DNA of 18,860 bases from the UHGV virus genome UHGV-1693621, one strand, 5' to 3'. Positions within the stretch are counted from its first letter, which is position 1; each line of letters starts with the position of its first letter. This DNA is from a virus. This document shows, in pieces, positions 8,220 to 17,674 of this stretch. The translations under genes and the position numbers were made by a program. Below the pieces are notes generated by a model, which worked only from the letters and a program-made list of their open reading frames with translations, did not search any database and was not told where the DNA came from.

Positions 8220-8227
8220 TATTTATA
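8220..8227 (-). promoter_or_regulatory. Putative T4 late promoter for uvsY.-2
   Basis: + strand TATTTATA at 8220-8227 is TATAAATA on the - strand, about 26 nt upstream of the uvsY.-2 ATG. Confidence 0.4.
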
Positions 8228-8447
8228 CAACTCTCATATGCATATCAATGCCCATATCTTTGGAATAAAAATATTCATCAAGATATCCGGCAAATTTTCC
8301 TTTAATATAAAGGACATCTTCACCACACGGGTGGTCGGCCAGGATACGAATATCCTGACGCTTGAGATTATACTTTTTCATTAAGAATTGAATTTCCGTT
8401 TCAAATTCTTCTTCATAATTAAAAGCATCATCAATGCTATATCTCAT
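8223..8447 (-). CDS. uvsY.-1: Small hypothetical protein, uvsY.-1-like
   Basis: 74-aa ORF whose start overlaps the uvsY stop (translational coupling); syntenic with T4 uvsY.-1. Confidence 0.75.
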   Translation of the reverse strand: MRYSIDDAFNYEEEFETEIQFLMKKYNLKRQDIRILADHPCGEDVLYIKGKFAGYLDEYFYSKDMGIDMHMRVV

Positions 8448-8860
8448 TATTTTCCAGCCTCAAATGCTCGCATGTCTTGAATATGCTTAATAGCAAATCC
8501 ACGTGATTTAATAGCATCAAGAGCTCCGCTACAGAAATCTAATAAAATCCCCCAATACTGTAACGAGGTATCAACCTTTAAAACATCCTTATCAGCTGAT
8601 AGAACTGTCTTCATTTCTGATTTCTCGTAACGATCCATACTAAATTCATCACCATCTCCTCGTCCCGAGTAGTAGTCTAATTTAGCTTTAAGAGCAACTT
8701 TTTTCTGTGCTTCAATTCTAAGCATTTCCTTTTTAATACTTGAATGCTTATTAAGCCATTTACTATATAACATCACATTATTAGCTGCTTCATACTGTAA
8801 TTTAGTCGAATCTATAAACACATCTTTCTTCAATTCTTCTTGAAGATCTTCTAATCTCAT
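8447..8860 (-). CDS. uvsY: UvsY recombination mediator protein
   Basis: 137 aa from ATG 8858-8860 (MRLEDLQEELKK...), matching T4 UvsY length and sequence as I recall them; the track ORF starts at an upstream TTG. Confidence 0.9.
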   Translation of the reverse strand: MRLEDLQEELKKDVFIDSTKLQYEAANNVMLYSKWLNKHSSIKKEMLRIEAQKKVALKAKLDYYSGRGDGDEFSMDRYEKSEMKTVLSADKDVLKVDTSLQYWGILLDFCSGALDAIKSRGFAIKHIQDMRAFEAGK

Positions 8861-8899
8861 ATTGTTCTCTATCAATTGTTATTGGATGGACTTAGATTC

Positions 8900-8925
8900 A
8901 TTATACCACGTTTTAACGTGAAGCA
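8900..8925 (-). promoter_or_regulatory. Putative MotA-dependent middle promoter for uvsY
   Basis: On the - strand AATGCTTCA (MotA-box-like, complement of about 8919-8927), 13 nt, then TATAAT (complement of 8900-8905). Sits just 3' of the gene 25 stop. Confidence 0.45.
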
Positions 8926-9324
8926 TTATACTCTATTACTGGAAGCCAATTGCAGTTTTATCTGCTCAATATCATCAGGGTTATCGATGACCGAAAAGCG
9001 TATTTCTACTATCAGAGTATAATCATCATAAACTGGTATCACATTAACTGCTAATTTACCAATACGTGGCTCATAGTTTCTTACTGCGCTTTCGATATTG
9101 CGCTCAACTGTGTCAGCAGTAAGAGGAGTCATATTTTCAAAAAGCTGGTCTGATAAATCACATCCAAATTCAGGGTCAAACGGTCTTGAACCTTTTCTTG
9201 TTGTAATAATTCCCAAAAGACTGTTTTTAATTGACCTTAATCCAAGCGATCTGGAAACATCTTTGTTCCAATCCATTTTCATTTCTGGGTCAATGTCAGA
9301 ATAAAGCTTATTAATATTTGCCAT
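8926..9324 (-). CDS. 25: Baseplate wedge protein gp25
   Basis: 132-aa ORF, length and sequence as I recall T4 gp25; start overlaps the gene 26 stop (TAATG). Confidence 0.9.
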   Translation of the reverse strand: MANINKLYSDIDPEMKMDWNKDVSRSLGLRSIKNSLLGIITTRKGSRPFDPEFGCDLSDQLFENMTPLTADTVERNIESAVRNYEPRIGKLAVNVIPVYDDYTLIVEIRFSVIDNPDDIEQIKLQLASSNRV

Positions 9325-9950
9325 TATAGTAACTCAAAGAACTCTTTGAGGCCTCTTATTACATGAGCATGGGTTTTTCCACACTCTGGACACTTAATTG
9401 GAACAGCCAAATAAACGGTAGGTTTTAAAAGCATATCTTTTATAGCTACAATATCTGACTCTGTGATGATAGAATATAAATCTTCTAGTTCCTTTTCATT
9501 TAAGTCTTCAACTGGAATGCTTTCCCCGTTAGCATGAATCGTTTCTATGCATGATACTATCATGTGGGCTATATTTTTATCATCAAAAATTTTAGGGTAT
9601 CGGAATTTAATTTTAATGTCACCCAGTGTATACCAGAGGTCTTCTGGTGCATCTATTTGTGTATGTAATAGATTTATATGGGTTGGTATTTCAGTTCTGC
9701 AGGTGCACTTCCAGGAGTTTTCATGATTAACTTCACCGAGAGAATGCGCCCATAAATGAATCAACAATAGTTCTGATTCTTGGCGGTTTAAATCTTTTGC
9801 ATTTGTGCAGTCTTTGATTAGCTTTTTAACAATTACTTCTACAGAACCATTATTTTTGGCAGTAATAAGTTCTAGATATTCTTTAAGCGTGAATGCGCGA
9901 CAATTGATTATTTTAGAACCAACTCTCACATCAAATTTGTATTCATACAT
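9324..9950 (-). CDS. 26: Baseplate hub protein gp26
   Basis: 208-aa ORF in the T4 gene 26 position, divergent from gene 51; GGAG Shine-Dalgarno upstream. Confidence 0.85.
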   Translation of the reverse strand: MYEYKFDVRVGSKIINCRAFTLKEYLELITAKNNGSVEVIVKKLIKDCTNAKDLNRQESELLLIHLWAHSLGEVNHENSWKCTCRTEIPTHINLLHTQIDAPEDLWYTLGDIKIKFRYPKIFDDKNIAHMIVSCIETIHANGESIPVEDLNEKELEDLYSIITESDIVAIKDMLLKPTVYLAVPIKCPECGKTHAHVIRGLKEFFELL

Positions 9951-9971
9951 ATTTAGCTCCTTTATTTATCA

Positions 9972-9979
9972 TATTTATA
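9972..9979 (-). promoter_or_regulatory. T4-type late promoter for genes 26-25
   Basis: + strand TATTTATA at 9972-9979 is TATAAATA on the - strand, about 22 nt upstream of the gene 26 ATG. Confidence 0.55.
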
Positions 9980-9983
9980 AATA
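9976..9983 (+). promoter_or_regulatory. T4-type late promoter for gene 51
   Basis: Exact TATAAATA at 9976-9983, overlapping the divergent promoter; AAGGAG Shine-Dalgarno at 9990-9995, ATG at 10001. Confidence 0.6.
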
Positions 9984-10000
9984 GAATAAAAGGAGCATCT

Positions 10001-10750
10001 ATGGCAAACATTATTCGTTGTAAATTACCAGATGGTGTTCATCGTTTTAAACCATTTACGGTAGAAGATTATCGAGATTTTTTGTTAGTTCGAAACGATA
10101 TAGAACATCGGTCACCGCAAGAACAAAAAGAAATAATTACTGATTTAATTGATGATTATTTTGGAGACTATCCGAAGACTTGGCAACCATTTATATTTTT
10201 GCAGGTATTTGTAGGGTCGATAGGTAAAACTAAAGTACCGGTCACATTTGTATGTCCAAAATGTAAAAAAGAAAAGACAGTTCCATTTGAAATATATCAA
10301 AAAGAATTAAAGGAACCTGTTTTTGATGTAGCTAATGTTAAAATTAAATTAAAGTTTCCTTCTGAGTTTTATGAAAATAAAGCAAAGATGATTACTGAAA
10401 ATATTCATTCCGTCCAAGTAGATGAAATTTGGTATGATTGGAAGGAAATTAGTGAATCAAGTCAAATAGAACTTGTTGATGCTATCGAGATAGAAACATT
10501 AGAAAAAATTCTCGATGCAATGAATCCTATTAATTTAACTTTACATATGTCATGCTGTAATAAGTACATTAAAAAATATACTGATATAGTAGACGTGTTT
10601 AAGCTATTAGTTAATCCAGATGAGATATTTACTTTTTATCAAATTAATCACACACTCGTAAAAAGTAATTATAGCTTAAATTCAATAATGAAAATGATTC
10701 CTGCTGAGCGCGGATTCGTATTAAAACTGATTGAGAAGGATAAACAATAA
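10001..10750 (+). CDS. 51: Baseplate hub assembly protein gp51
   Basis: 249-aa ORF, length and position match T4 gp51; stop overlaps the gene 27 start (TAATG). Confidence 0.85.
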   Translation: MANIIRCKLPDGVHRFKPFTVEDYRDFLLVRNDIEHRSPQEQKEIITDLIDDYFGDYPKTWQPFIFLQVFVGSIGKTKVPVTFVCPKCKKEKTVPFEIYQKELKEPVFDVANVKIKLKFPSEFYENKAKMITENIHSVQVDEIWYDWKEISESSQIELVDAIEIETLEKILDAMNPINLTLHMSCCNKYIKKYTDIVDVFKLLVNPDEIFTFYQINHTLVKSNYSLNSIMKMIPAERGFVLKLIEKDKQ

Positions 10751-11925
10751 TGAGTATGTTGCAACGCCCCGGATATCCAAATCTCAGCGTTAAATTATTT
10801 GATAGCTACGACGCTTGGAGTAATAATAGATTTGTTGAATTAGCTGCTACTATTACCACATTAACTATGCGGGATTCTCTTTATGGTCGAAATGAAGGAA
10901 TGCTACAATTTTATGATTCTAAAAACATCCATACAAAAATGGATGGAAATGAAATAATTCAGATTTCTGTAGCTAATGCAAATGATATTAATAATGTTAA
11001 AACACGAATTTATGGATGTAAGCATTTTTCCGTGTCAGTAGATTCAAAAGGTGATAACATCATTGCTATTGAATTGGGAACTATTCATTCTATAGAAAAT
11101 CTTAAATTTGGTAGACCATTTTTCCCCGATGCGGGTGAATCTATAAAAGAAATGCTTGGCGTCATTTATCAAGACCGTACATTATTAACTCCAGCGATAA
11201 ATGCTATAAATGCTTATGTTCCTGATATTCCATGGACTAGCACATTTGAAAACTATTTGTCATATGTAAGAGAAGTTGCTCTAGCTGTAGGAAGCGACAA
11301 ATTTGTATTTGTATGGCAAGACATCATGGGAGTTAACATGATGGACTATGATATGATGATAAATCAAGAACCATATCCAATGATTGTCGGTGAGCCATCT
11401 TTAATAGGTCAATTTGTCCAAGAATTAAAATATCCATTAGCATATGATTTCGTTTGGTTGACTAAATCGAATCCTCACAAACGTGACCCAATGAAAAACG
11501 CTACTATCTATGCGCATTCATTTTTAGATTCTTCATTGCCAATGATTACTACAGGAAAGGGTGAAAACTCTATTGTAGTGTCAAGGTCAGGTGCTTATTC
11601 TGAAATGACTTATAGGAATGGATATGAAGAAGCTATTCGTCTTCAAACTATGGCACAATATGACGGTTATGCTAAATGTTCTACTGTCGGTAATTTTAAC
11701 TTGACTCCTGGTGTTAAAATTATTTTTAATGATAGTAAAAACCAATTTAAAACAGAATTTTACGTTGATGAAGTTATCCATGAATTATCCAATAATAATT
11801 CAGTAACTCATCTATATATGTTCACTAATGCAACGAAACTGGAAACAATAGACCCAGTTAAGGTTAAAAATGAATTTAAATCTGATACTACCACTGAAGA
11901 AAGTAGTTCTTCCAATAAGCAATAA
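10750..11925 (+). CDS. 27: Baseplate hub protein gp27
   Basis: 391-aa ORF, length and synteny match T4 gp27. Confidence 0.9.
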   Translation: MSMLQRPGYPNLSVKLFDSYDAWSNNRFVELAATITTLTMRDSLYGRNEGMLQFYDSKNIHTKMDGNEIIQISVANANDINNVKTRIYGCKHFSVSVDSKGDNIIAIELGTIHSIENLKFGRPFFPDAGESIKEMLGVIYQDRTLLTPAINAINAYVPDIPWTSTFENYLSYVREVALAVGSDKFVFVWQDIMGVNMMDYDMMINQEPYPMIVGEPSLIGQFVQELKYPLAYDFVWLTKSNPHKRDPMKNATIYAHSFLDSSLPMITTGKGENSIVVSRSGAYSEMTYRNGYEEAIRLQTMAQYDGYAKCSTVGNFNLTPGVKIIFNDSKNQFKTEFYVDEVIHELSNNNSVTHLYMFTNATKLETIDPVKVKNEFKSDTTTEESSSSNKQ

Positions 11926-12403
11926 AGAAGTTTCTATTCCTAAAATGGGTCTTAAACATTATAACATTTTAAAAGATGTTAAAGGTCCTGATGAAAATTT
12001 AAAACTTCTTATTGATTCTATTTGTCCGAATTTATCACCGGCAGAAGTTGATTTCGTTTCTATTCATTTATTGGAATTTAATGGAAAGATTAAATCTCGT
12101 AAAGAAATAGATGGTTATACTTATGACATTAATGATGTTTATGTGTGCCAAAGATTAGAATTTCAATACCAAGGAAATACATTTTATTTTAGACCTCCTG
12201 GAAAATTTGAACAATTTTTAACGGTGAGCGATATGTTATCCAAATGCTTGCTTAAGGTCAATGATGAAGTTAAAGAAATTAATTTTCTTGAGATGCCAGC
12301 ATTCGTTTTAAAATGGGCAAATGATATTTTTACAACTTTAGCAATTCCTGGCCCTAATGGTCCAATAACTGGAATTGGTAATATTATTGGATTATTTGAA
12401 TGA
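11870..12403 (+). CDS. 28: Baseplate hub distal subunit gp28
   Basis: 177-aa ORF, length matches T4 gp28; start lies 56 nt inside the 3' end of gene 27 in another frame. Confidence 0.85.
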   Translation: MNLNLILPLKKVVLPISNKEVSIPKMGLKHYNILKDVKGPDENLKLLIDSICPNLSPAEVDFVSIHLLEFNGKIKSRKEIDGYTYDINDVYVCQRLEFQYQGNTFYFRPPGKFEQFLTVSDMLSKCLLKVNDEVKEINFLEMPAFVLKWANDIFTTLAIPGPNGPITGIGNIIGLFE

Positions 12404-14172
12404 AAAAGCCACAAGAAATGCAAACGATGCGTAGAAAAGTTATTTCAGATAATAAACCAACACAGGAAGCGGCTAAATCCGCTTCCAATACTCTATCTGG
12501 ACTTAACGATATATCTACGAAATTGGATGATGCTCAAGCTGCTTCTGAATTAATTGCTCAAACTGTCGAAGAAAAATCGAATGAAATAATTGGAGCAATT
12601 GGTAACGTAGAAAGCGCAGTGAGTGATACTACTGCTGGTTCTGAGTTAATTGCTGAAACTGTCGAAATTGGCAACAATATTAATAAAGAAATCGGTGAAT
12701 CACTCGGAAGCAAATTAGATAAATTAACAAGTTTACTAGAGCAAAAAATCCAGACAGCTGGAATTCAACAGACTGGAACTAGTTTAGCCACTGTTGAAAG
12801 CGCTATTCCTGTTAAAGTCGTTGAGGATGATACTGCTGAATCTGTGGGTCCTTTATTACCAGCTCCTGAAGCAGTTAATAATGATCCTGACGCTGATTTT
12901 TTCCCTACCCCTCAGCCAGTTGAGCCAAAGCAAGAATCACCAGAAGAAAAACAGAAAAAAGAAGCATTTAACTTAAAATTATCTCAAGCTTTAGATAAAT
13001 TAACAAAGACAGTTGATTTTGGATTTAAGAAATCCATTTCAATTAGTGATAAAATATCAAGCATGTTATTTAAGTACACCATCAGTGCTGCTATTGAAGC
13101 CGCTAAAATGACTGCAATGATATTGGCTGTTGTTGTTGGAATAGATCTGCTGATGGTTCACTTTAAATATTGGTCAGATAAATTTTCAAAAGCCTGGGAT
13201 TTATTTAATACTGACTTTACTAAATTCTCTAGCGAAACCGGAACATGGGGTCCTTTATTACAGAGCATCTTTAGTTCTATTGATGAAATTAAAAAGTTTT
13301 GGGAAGCCGGAGATTGGGGTGGATTGACAGTAGCTATTGTTGAAGGGCTTGGAAAGGTTCTTTATAATTTAGGAGAACTTATTCAATTAGGTATGGCTAA
13401 ATTATCTGCGGCAATTCTTCGAGTTATTCCTGGTATGAAAGATACTGCTGATGAAGTAGAAGGAAGAGCGCTGGAAAATTTCCAAAATTCTACTGGAGCA
13501 TCTCTCAATAAAGAAGACCAGGAAAAAGTTGCAAATTATCAAGATAAACGAATGAATGGAGACCTTGGTCCGATAGCAAAAGGATTAGATAAAATTGCTA
13601 ATTGGAAAACTCGTGCATCTAACTGGATTCGTGGTGTAGATAATAAAGAAGCGCTGACTACCGACGAAGAGCGTGCGGCAGAAGAAGAAAAATTAAAGCA
13701 ACTTTCACCGGAAGAAAGAAAAAATGCTTTAATGAAGGCTAATGAAGCTCGTGCTGCGATGATTCGTTTTGAAAAATATGCCGATTCAGCTGATATGAGT
13801 AAAGACTCAACGGTTAAATCAGTTGAGTCTGCCTATGAAGACCTTAAAAAACGGATGGATGACCCGGATTTAAATAATTCACCGGCAGTTAAAAAAGAAC
13901 TTGCTGCTAGATTTTCTAAAATTGATGCTACTTATCAAGAGCTCAAGAAAAATCAGCCTAATGCCAAACCTGAAACTTCTGCTAAATCACCAGAAGCGAA
14001 ACAAGTCCAGGTGATTGAAAAGAACAAAGCACAGCAAGCTCCTGTTCAACAAGCATCTCCTTCAATCAATAATACTAATAATGTTATTAAGAAAAATACT
14101 GTCGTTCATAATATGACACCCGTAACGAGCACGACTGCTCCTGGTGTATTTGATGCGACTGGAGTTAATTAA
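12400..14172 (+). CDS. 29: Baseplate hub / tail length determining (tape measure) protein gp29
   Basis: 590-aa ORF, length matches T4 gp29; ATGA overlap with gene 28; low-complexity coiled-coil-like sequence. Confidence 0.9.
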   Translation: MKKPQEMQTMRRKVISDNKPTQEAAKSASNTLSGLNDISTKLDDAQAASELIAQTVEEKSNEIIGAIGNVESAVSDTTAGSELIAETVEIGNNINKEIGESLGSKLDKLTSLLEQKIQTAGIQQTGTSLATVESAIPVKVVEDDTAESVGPLLPAPEAVNNDPDADFFPTPQPVEPKQESPEEKQKKEAFNLKLSQALDKLTKTVDFGFKKSISISDKISSMLFKYTISAAIEAAKMTAMILAVVVGIDLLMVHFKYWSDKFSKAWDLFNTDFTKFSSETGTWGPLLQSIFSSIDEIKKFWEAGDWGGLTVAIVEGLGKVLYNLGELIQLGMAKLSAAILRVIPGMKDTADEVEGRALENFQNSTGASLNKEDQEKVANYQDKRMNGDLGPIAKGLDKIANWKTRASNWIRGVDNKEALTTDEERAAEEEKLKQLSPEERKNALMKANEARAAMIRFEKYADSADMSKDSTVKSVESAYEDLKKRMDDPDLNNSPAVKKELAARFSKIDATYQELKKNQPNAKPETSAKSPEAKQVQVIEKNKAQQAPVQQASPSINNTNNVIKKNTVVHNMTPVTSTTAPGVFDATGVN

Positions 14173-14180
14173 GGAATAAT

Positions 14181-15275
14181 ATGGCAATTGTTAAAGAAAT
14201 AACTGCTGATTTAATTAAAAAGTCTGGTGAGAAAATTTCAGCCGGACAAAGTACTAAATCAGAAGTAGGAACTAAAACATACACTGCCCAGTTTCCAACT
14301 GGGCGTGCTAGTGGTAATGACACTACAGGGGACTTCCAGGTAACAGATCTATATAAGAATGGATTATTATTTACTGCATACAATATGTCATCTAGGGATT
14401 CTGGAAGTCTTAGATCGATGAGATCTAACTACTCTTCTTCATCTTCGAGTATTTTACGTACAGCAAGAAACACTATTAGTAGTACAGTATCAAAACTATC
14501 AAATGGATTAATATCAAATAATAATTCAGGAACAATAAGTAAAGCTCCTATCGCAAACATTCTTTTACCGAGATCTAAATCTGATGTTGATACATCATCA
14601 CATAGATTTAATGATGTTCAAGAAAGCCTTATCAGTAGAGGCGGAGGTACTGCTACTGGTGTGCTAAGTAATATTGCTTCAACCGCAGTATTTGGGGCGT
14701 TGGAAAGTATAACACAAGGTATAATGGCTGATAATAATGAACAGATTTATACGACAGCCAGAAGTATGTATGGTGGTGCTGAAAATAGAACTAAAGTGTT
14801 CACTTGGGATTTGACTCCACGTTCAACAGAAGATTTAATGGCTATTATTAATATCTATCAATATTTTAACTATTTTTCTTATGGTGAAACGGGTAAATCT
14901 CAATATGCTGCTGAAATAAAGGGATATTTAGATGATTGGTATCGTTCTACGTTAATTGAACCTTTATCTCCGGAAGACGCGGCTAAAAATAAAACACTAT
15001 TTGAGAAAATGACATCGAGTTTAACTAACGTTCTAGTAGTTTCAAACCCGACAATTTGGATGGTGAAAAACTTTGGTGCAACATCTAAGTTTGATGGAAA
15101 AACGGAAATATTTGGCCCATGCCAAATACAAAGCATCAGATTTGATAAAACACCTAATGGTAACTTTAACGGATTAGCTATTGCTCCAAACCTCCCTAGT
15201 ACATTTACTCTCGAGATTACTATGAGAGAAATTATCACGTTAAACCGTGCTTCTTTATATGCGGGGACTTTTTAA
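14181..15275 (+). CDS. 48: Baseplate tail tube cap protein gp48
   Basis: 364-aa ORF, length and synteny match T4 gp48; AAGGA Shine-Dalgarno upstream. Confidence 0.9.
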   Translation: MAIVKEITADLIKKSGEKISAGQSTKSEVGTKTYTAQFPTGRASGNDTTGDFQVTDLYKNGLLFTAYNMSSRDSGSLRSMRSNYSSSSSSILRTARNTISSTVSKLSNGLISNNNSGTISKAPIANILLPRSKSDVDTSSHRFNDVQESLISRGGGTATGVLSNIASTAVFGALESITQGIMADNNEQIYTTARSMYGGAENRTKVFTWDLTPRSTEDLMAIINIYQYFNYFSYGETGKSQYAAEIKGYLDDWYRSTLIEPLSPEDAAKNKTLFEKMTSSLTNVLVVSNPTIWMVKNFGATSKFDGKTEIFGPCQIQSIRFDKTPNGNFNGLAIAPNLPSTFTLEITMREIITLNRASLYAGTF

Positions 15276-16240
15276 TGTATTCTTTAGAGGAATTTAATAA
15301 TCAAGCAATAAACGCAGATTTCCAACGTAATAATATGTTTAGCTGCGTTTTTGCAACAACTCCATCAACTAAAAGCTCTTCGTTGATAAGTTCAATTAGC
15401 AACTTTTCTTATAATAACTTGGGCCTAAATTCAGATTGGCTAGGATTAACTCAAGGTGATATTAATCAGGGAATTACCACGCTAATTACAGCTGGCACAC
15501 AAAAACTGATAAGAAAATCAGGGGTTAGTAAATATCTTATTGGTGCCATGAGTCAACGTACAGTTCAAAGTTTATTGGGCTCATTTACAGTTGGTACATA
15601 TTTAATTGACTTCTTTAACATGGCATATAACTCATCTGGATTGATGATATATTCTGTAAAAATGCCAGAGAATAGATTATCCTATGAAACTGACTGGAAC
15701 TATAATTCTCCTAATATTCGTATAACTGGGAGAGAATTAGACCCTTTGGTTATTTCATTCAGAATGGATTCAGAAGCTTGTAACTATCGTGCAATGCAAG
15801 ACTGGGTTAACGCTGTTCAAGACCCAGTAACTGGATTGCGTGCTTTGCCGCAAGATGTCGAGGCAGATATTCAGGTTAATCTTCATTCTCGCAATGGATT
15901 ACCTCATACTGCGGTGATGTTCACCGGATGCATTCCAATATCAGTGAGCGCTCCTGAGTTATCATATGATGGAGATAACCAAATAACTACATTTGATGTT
16001 ACTTTTGCGTACAGAGTGATGCAGGCTGGAGCAGTTGATAGGCAAGCTGCGCTTGAATGGCTTGAATCTGCTGCTATAAATGGTATTCAAAGCGTTCTCG
16101 GAAATAGTGGAGGTGTTACTGGACTATCTAATTCGCTTTCACGACTCAGTAGATTAGGGGGAACTGCAGGAAGCATTTCAAACATTAATACTATGACAGG
16201 AATTGTCAATTCGCAAAGTAAAATATTAGGAGCAATATAA
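15275..16240 (+). CDS. 54: Baseplate tail tube initiator protein gp54
   Basis: 321-aa ORF, synteny and approximate length match T4 gp54; TAATG overlap with gene 48. Confidence 0.9.
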   Translation: MYSLEEFNNQAINADFQRNNMFSCVFATTPSTKSSSLISSISNFSYNNLGLNSDWLGLTQGDINQGITTLITAGTQKLIRKSGVSKYLIGAMSQRTVQSLLGSFTVGTYLIDFFNMAYNSSGLMIYSVKMPENRLSYETDWNYNSPNIRITGRELDPLVISFRMDSEACNYRAMQDWVNAVQDPVTGLRALPQDVEADIQVNLHSRNGLPHTAVMFTGCIPISVSAPELSYDGDNQITTFDVTFAYRVMQAGAVDRQAALEWLESAAINGIQSVLGNSGGVTGLSNSLSRLSRLGGTAGSISNINTMTGIVNSQSKILGAI

Positions 16241-16242
16241 CA

Positions 16243-16274
16243 ATGGGGACCTTTCGGTCCCCATATTTTTATTT
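16243..16274. terminator. Bidirectional rho-independent terminator between gene 54 and the convergent small ORF
   Basis: Hairpin GGGGACC-TTTC-GGTCCCC (16245-16262) with AT extension, followed by ATTTTTATTT on the + strand and a T-rich run on the - strand. Confidence 0.7.
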
Positions 16275-16559
16275 ACGGAATGAAATGAAAGCAGCAACTG
16301 AAGCAACTAAACTGTCTTCAATATAAACTTCAATTTTTACTGGAGCTTCTGACTCAAATTTACCTGTTACTACACCCTGAAAAATACTTTCAGTCTGTTC
16401 TGGCTTTGAAAAATTTTCAGAAGGAAAAATTCCGAACTTTTTATCTGTTCCAAAAATTTTAATAAATTCATCGTAAACTGCTTCATTAAAAGCATTATCA
16501 GCAGGAATAACGCCTTCAACTACAAGTTCTTGACCTAAAAAGCGCAAAGAAGATTTCAT
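16269..16559 (-). CDS. Hypothetical small protein downstream of alt
   Basis: 96-aa ORF with GAGGAA Shine-Dalgarno 6 nt upstream and its own early-type promoter; T4 counterpart not recognised with confidence. Confidence 0.6.
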   Translation of the reverse strand: MKSSLRFLGQELVVEGVIPADNAFNEAVYDEFIKIFGTDKKFGIFPSENFSKPEQTESIFQGVVTGKFESEAPVKIEVYIEDSLVASVAAFISFRK

Positions 16560-16590
16560 TTTGTGTTCCTCATGTTATGTCAGTAAGACT

Positions 16591-16620
16591 ACTATAACAC
16601 AACATAAGGAACTTGTAAAC
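16591..16620 (-). promoter_or_regulatory. Putative sigma70/T4 early-type promoter for the 96-aa ORF
   Basis: On the - strand GTTTACA (-35, complement of 16614-16620), 17-bp spacer, TATAGT (-10, complement of 16591-16596). The -35 overlaps the alt stop codon. Confidence 0.45.
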
Positions 16621-17504
16621 TACATTTTGAACTTTTTAGACATTCCGTTGATGTTAACCAAAGAAGCCAAGATTTGAGAAACTTCGTTTTCCTCTTCTTT
16701 TGATTCTTCTACAAGGAATTGATTAAATCCAGCCATTGGACGAACTTCACCAGTTTCCATTAGATGGTCGCCATCATATACTGATTCTTCTAATTGTTCA
16801 GAAGGAGGAACGATTGTACCTTCGATTAGATACTTGTTATAAGCAGTTTCTTTCATAAAGTACGTACTTACTTTATTAATCTTCAGTAAAATTCCGCGCG
16901 GTAGAATAACTTCAGCTTCTGATGGAAATCCTGATAAATGACCTGGAACGATAACTTTGATTCGCTCAGCTCCTTTAATTACCATACCCACGCTAGTTTC
17001 AGCATCTTCATTAGCATATGTAGAATGACTACCCATATGCATCAAATCTTCTGCATCAACGGAACCTTCTCCTTCACCAGAAAATACTGCGCCGGAATCA
17101 TCTAGAGCCATATAGTTTTTACCATGCTCACCGAAGATATTTGGTTTAAGCGATGTGGATACGAAGTTCTTGAAATAGAACATTTTATTTTCAATGTTAT
17201 GACGCAAAGTTTTAAAGGTAACTTCTTGTCCGCGATAAAGCGTAGTTCCTGGAGGAAGAACTGAACCTTTGGCAAACGCAGAATCTAACGTCTCGATGTG
17301 CTTAATAGCACGTTCCATATATTCTTCACGGGTAGAATCTGGTTTACCTAAAAGGAACGAGTTCATTTCAACATATGAATCTGCGCAATAATCTTCAATT
17401 ACATCAGACTCAGCCTGAGTTAATCCTTTTGGAGTTACTTCGGTGCTTGCGTATTCATATGCCTGAGCGGCAGATTCATTAATCAATTTATAAATGCCAT
17501 TCAT
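16620..17504 (-). CDS. alt: Alt ADP-ribosyltransferase, C-terminal catalytic fragment (frame stays open upstream to 17672; gene appears frameshifted)
   Basis: 294-aa ORF carrying R-S-ExE mono-ADP-ribosyltransferase hallmarks (LYRGQ, STS, SEAEV). The same frame is open for 56 more codons upstream to a TAA at 17673-17675 with no start codon, overlapping the end of the N-terminal ORF. Confidence 0.75.
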   Translation of the reverse strand: MNGIYKLINESAAQAYEYASTEVTPKGLTQAESDVIEDYCADSYVEMNSFLLGKPDSTREEYMERAIKHIETLDSAFAKGSVLPPGTTLYRGQEVTFKTLRHNIENKMFYFKNFVSTSLKPNIFGEHGKNYMALDDSGAVFSGEGEGSVDAEDLMHMGSHSTYANEDAETSVGMVIKGAERIKVIVPGHLSGFPSEAEVILPRGILLKINKVSTYFMKETAYNKYLIEGTIVPPSEQLEESVYDGDHLMETGEVRPMAGFNQFLVEESKEEENEVSQILASLVNINGMSKKFKM

Positions 17505-17653
17505 TACAAATTGAATAATAGCTACCTTTTCATCTGGCGTAGCTTTAGAACCTTTAACTAAATCATTAATAATTTTCTTAATAACATCAAAGCTATTAGA
17601 AATATTAATGTCAGCAAGATCGCTTAAAATTTTATCAGTTTTATAATCAAAGA

Positions 17654-17674
17654 ATTCTTTATTCTTTATTCTTT
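17654..17674. repeat. Perfect tandem heptamer repeat, ATTCTTT x3 (+ strand), at the alt frame break
   Basis: Read directly: copies at 17654-17660, 17661-17667 and 17668-17674, with a degenerate fourth copy (ATTCTTG) at 17679-17685. Confidence 0.9.

Noticed and set aside
8127-8384. + strand 85-aa ORF spanning uvsY.-2 and uvsY.-1 on the opposite strand
   Set aside because: It overlaps two better-supported - strand genes with strong RBSs and conserved synteny; no RBS of its own.
9098-9304. + strand 68-aa ORF inside gene 25
   Set aside because: Antisense to conserved gp25; no translation signals.
11587-12976. ORFs at 11587-11781 (-), 12184-12423 (-) and 12794-12976 (+) nested in genes 27, 28 and 29
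   Set aside because: Nested or antisense in conserved baseplate genes, AT-rich low-complexity translations, no RBS.
14165-15238. - strand ORFs of 72 and 112 aa antisense to gene 48
   Set aside because: Antisense to gp48, with no promoter or RBS support.
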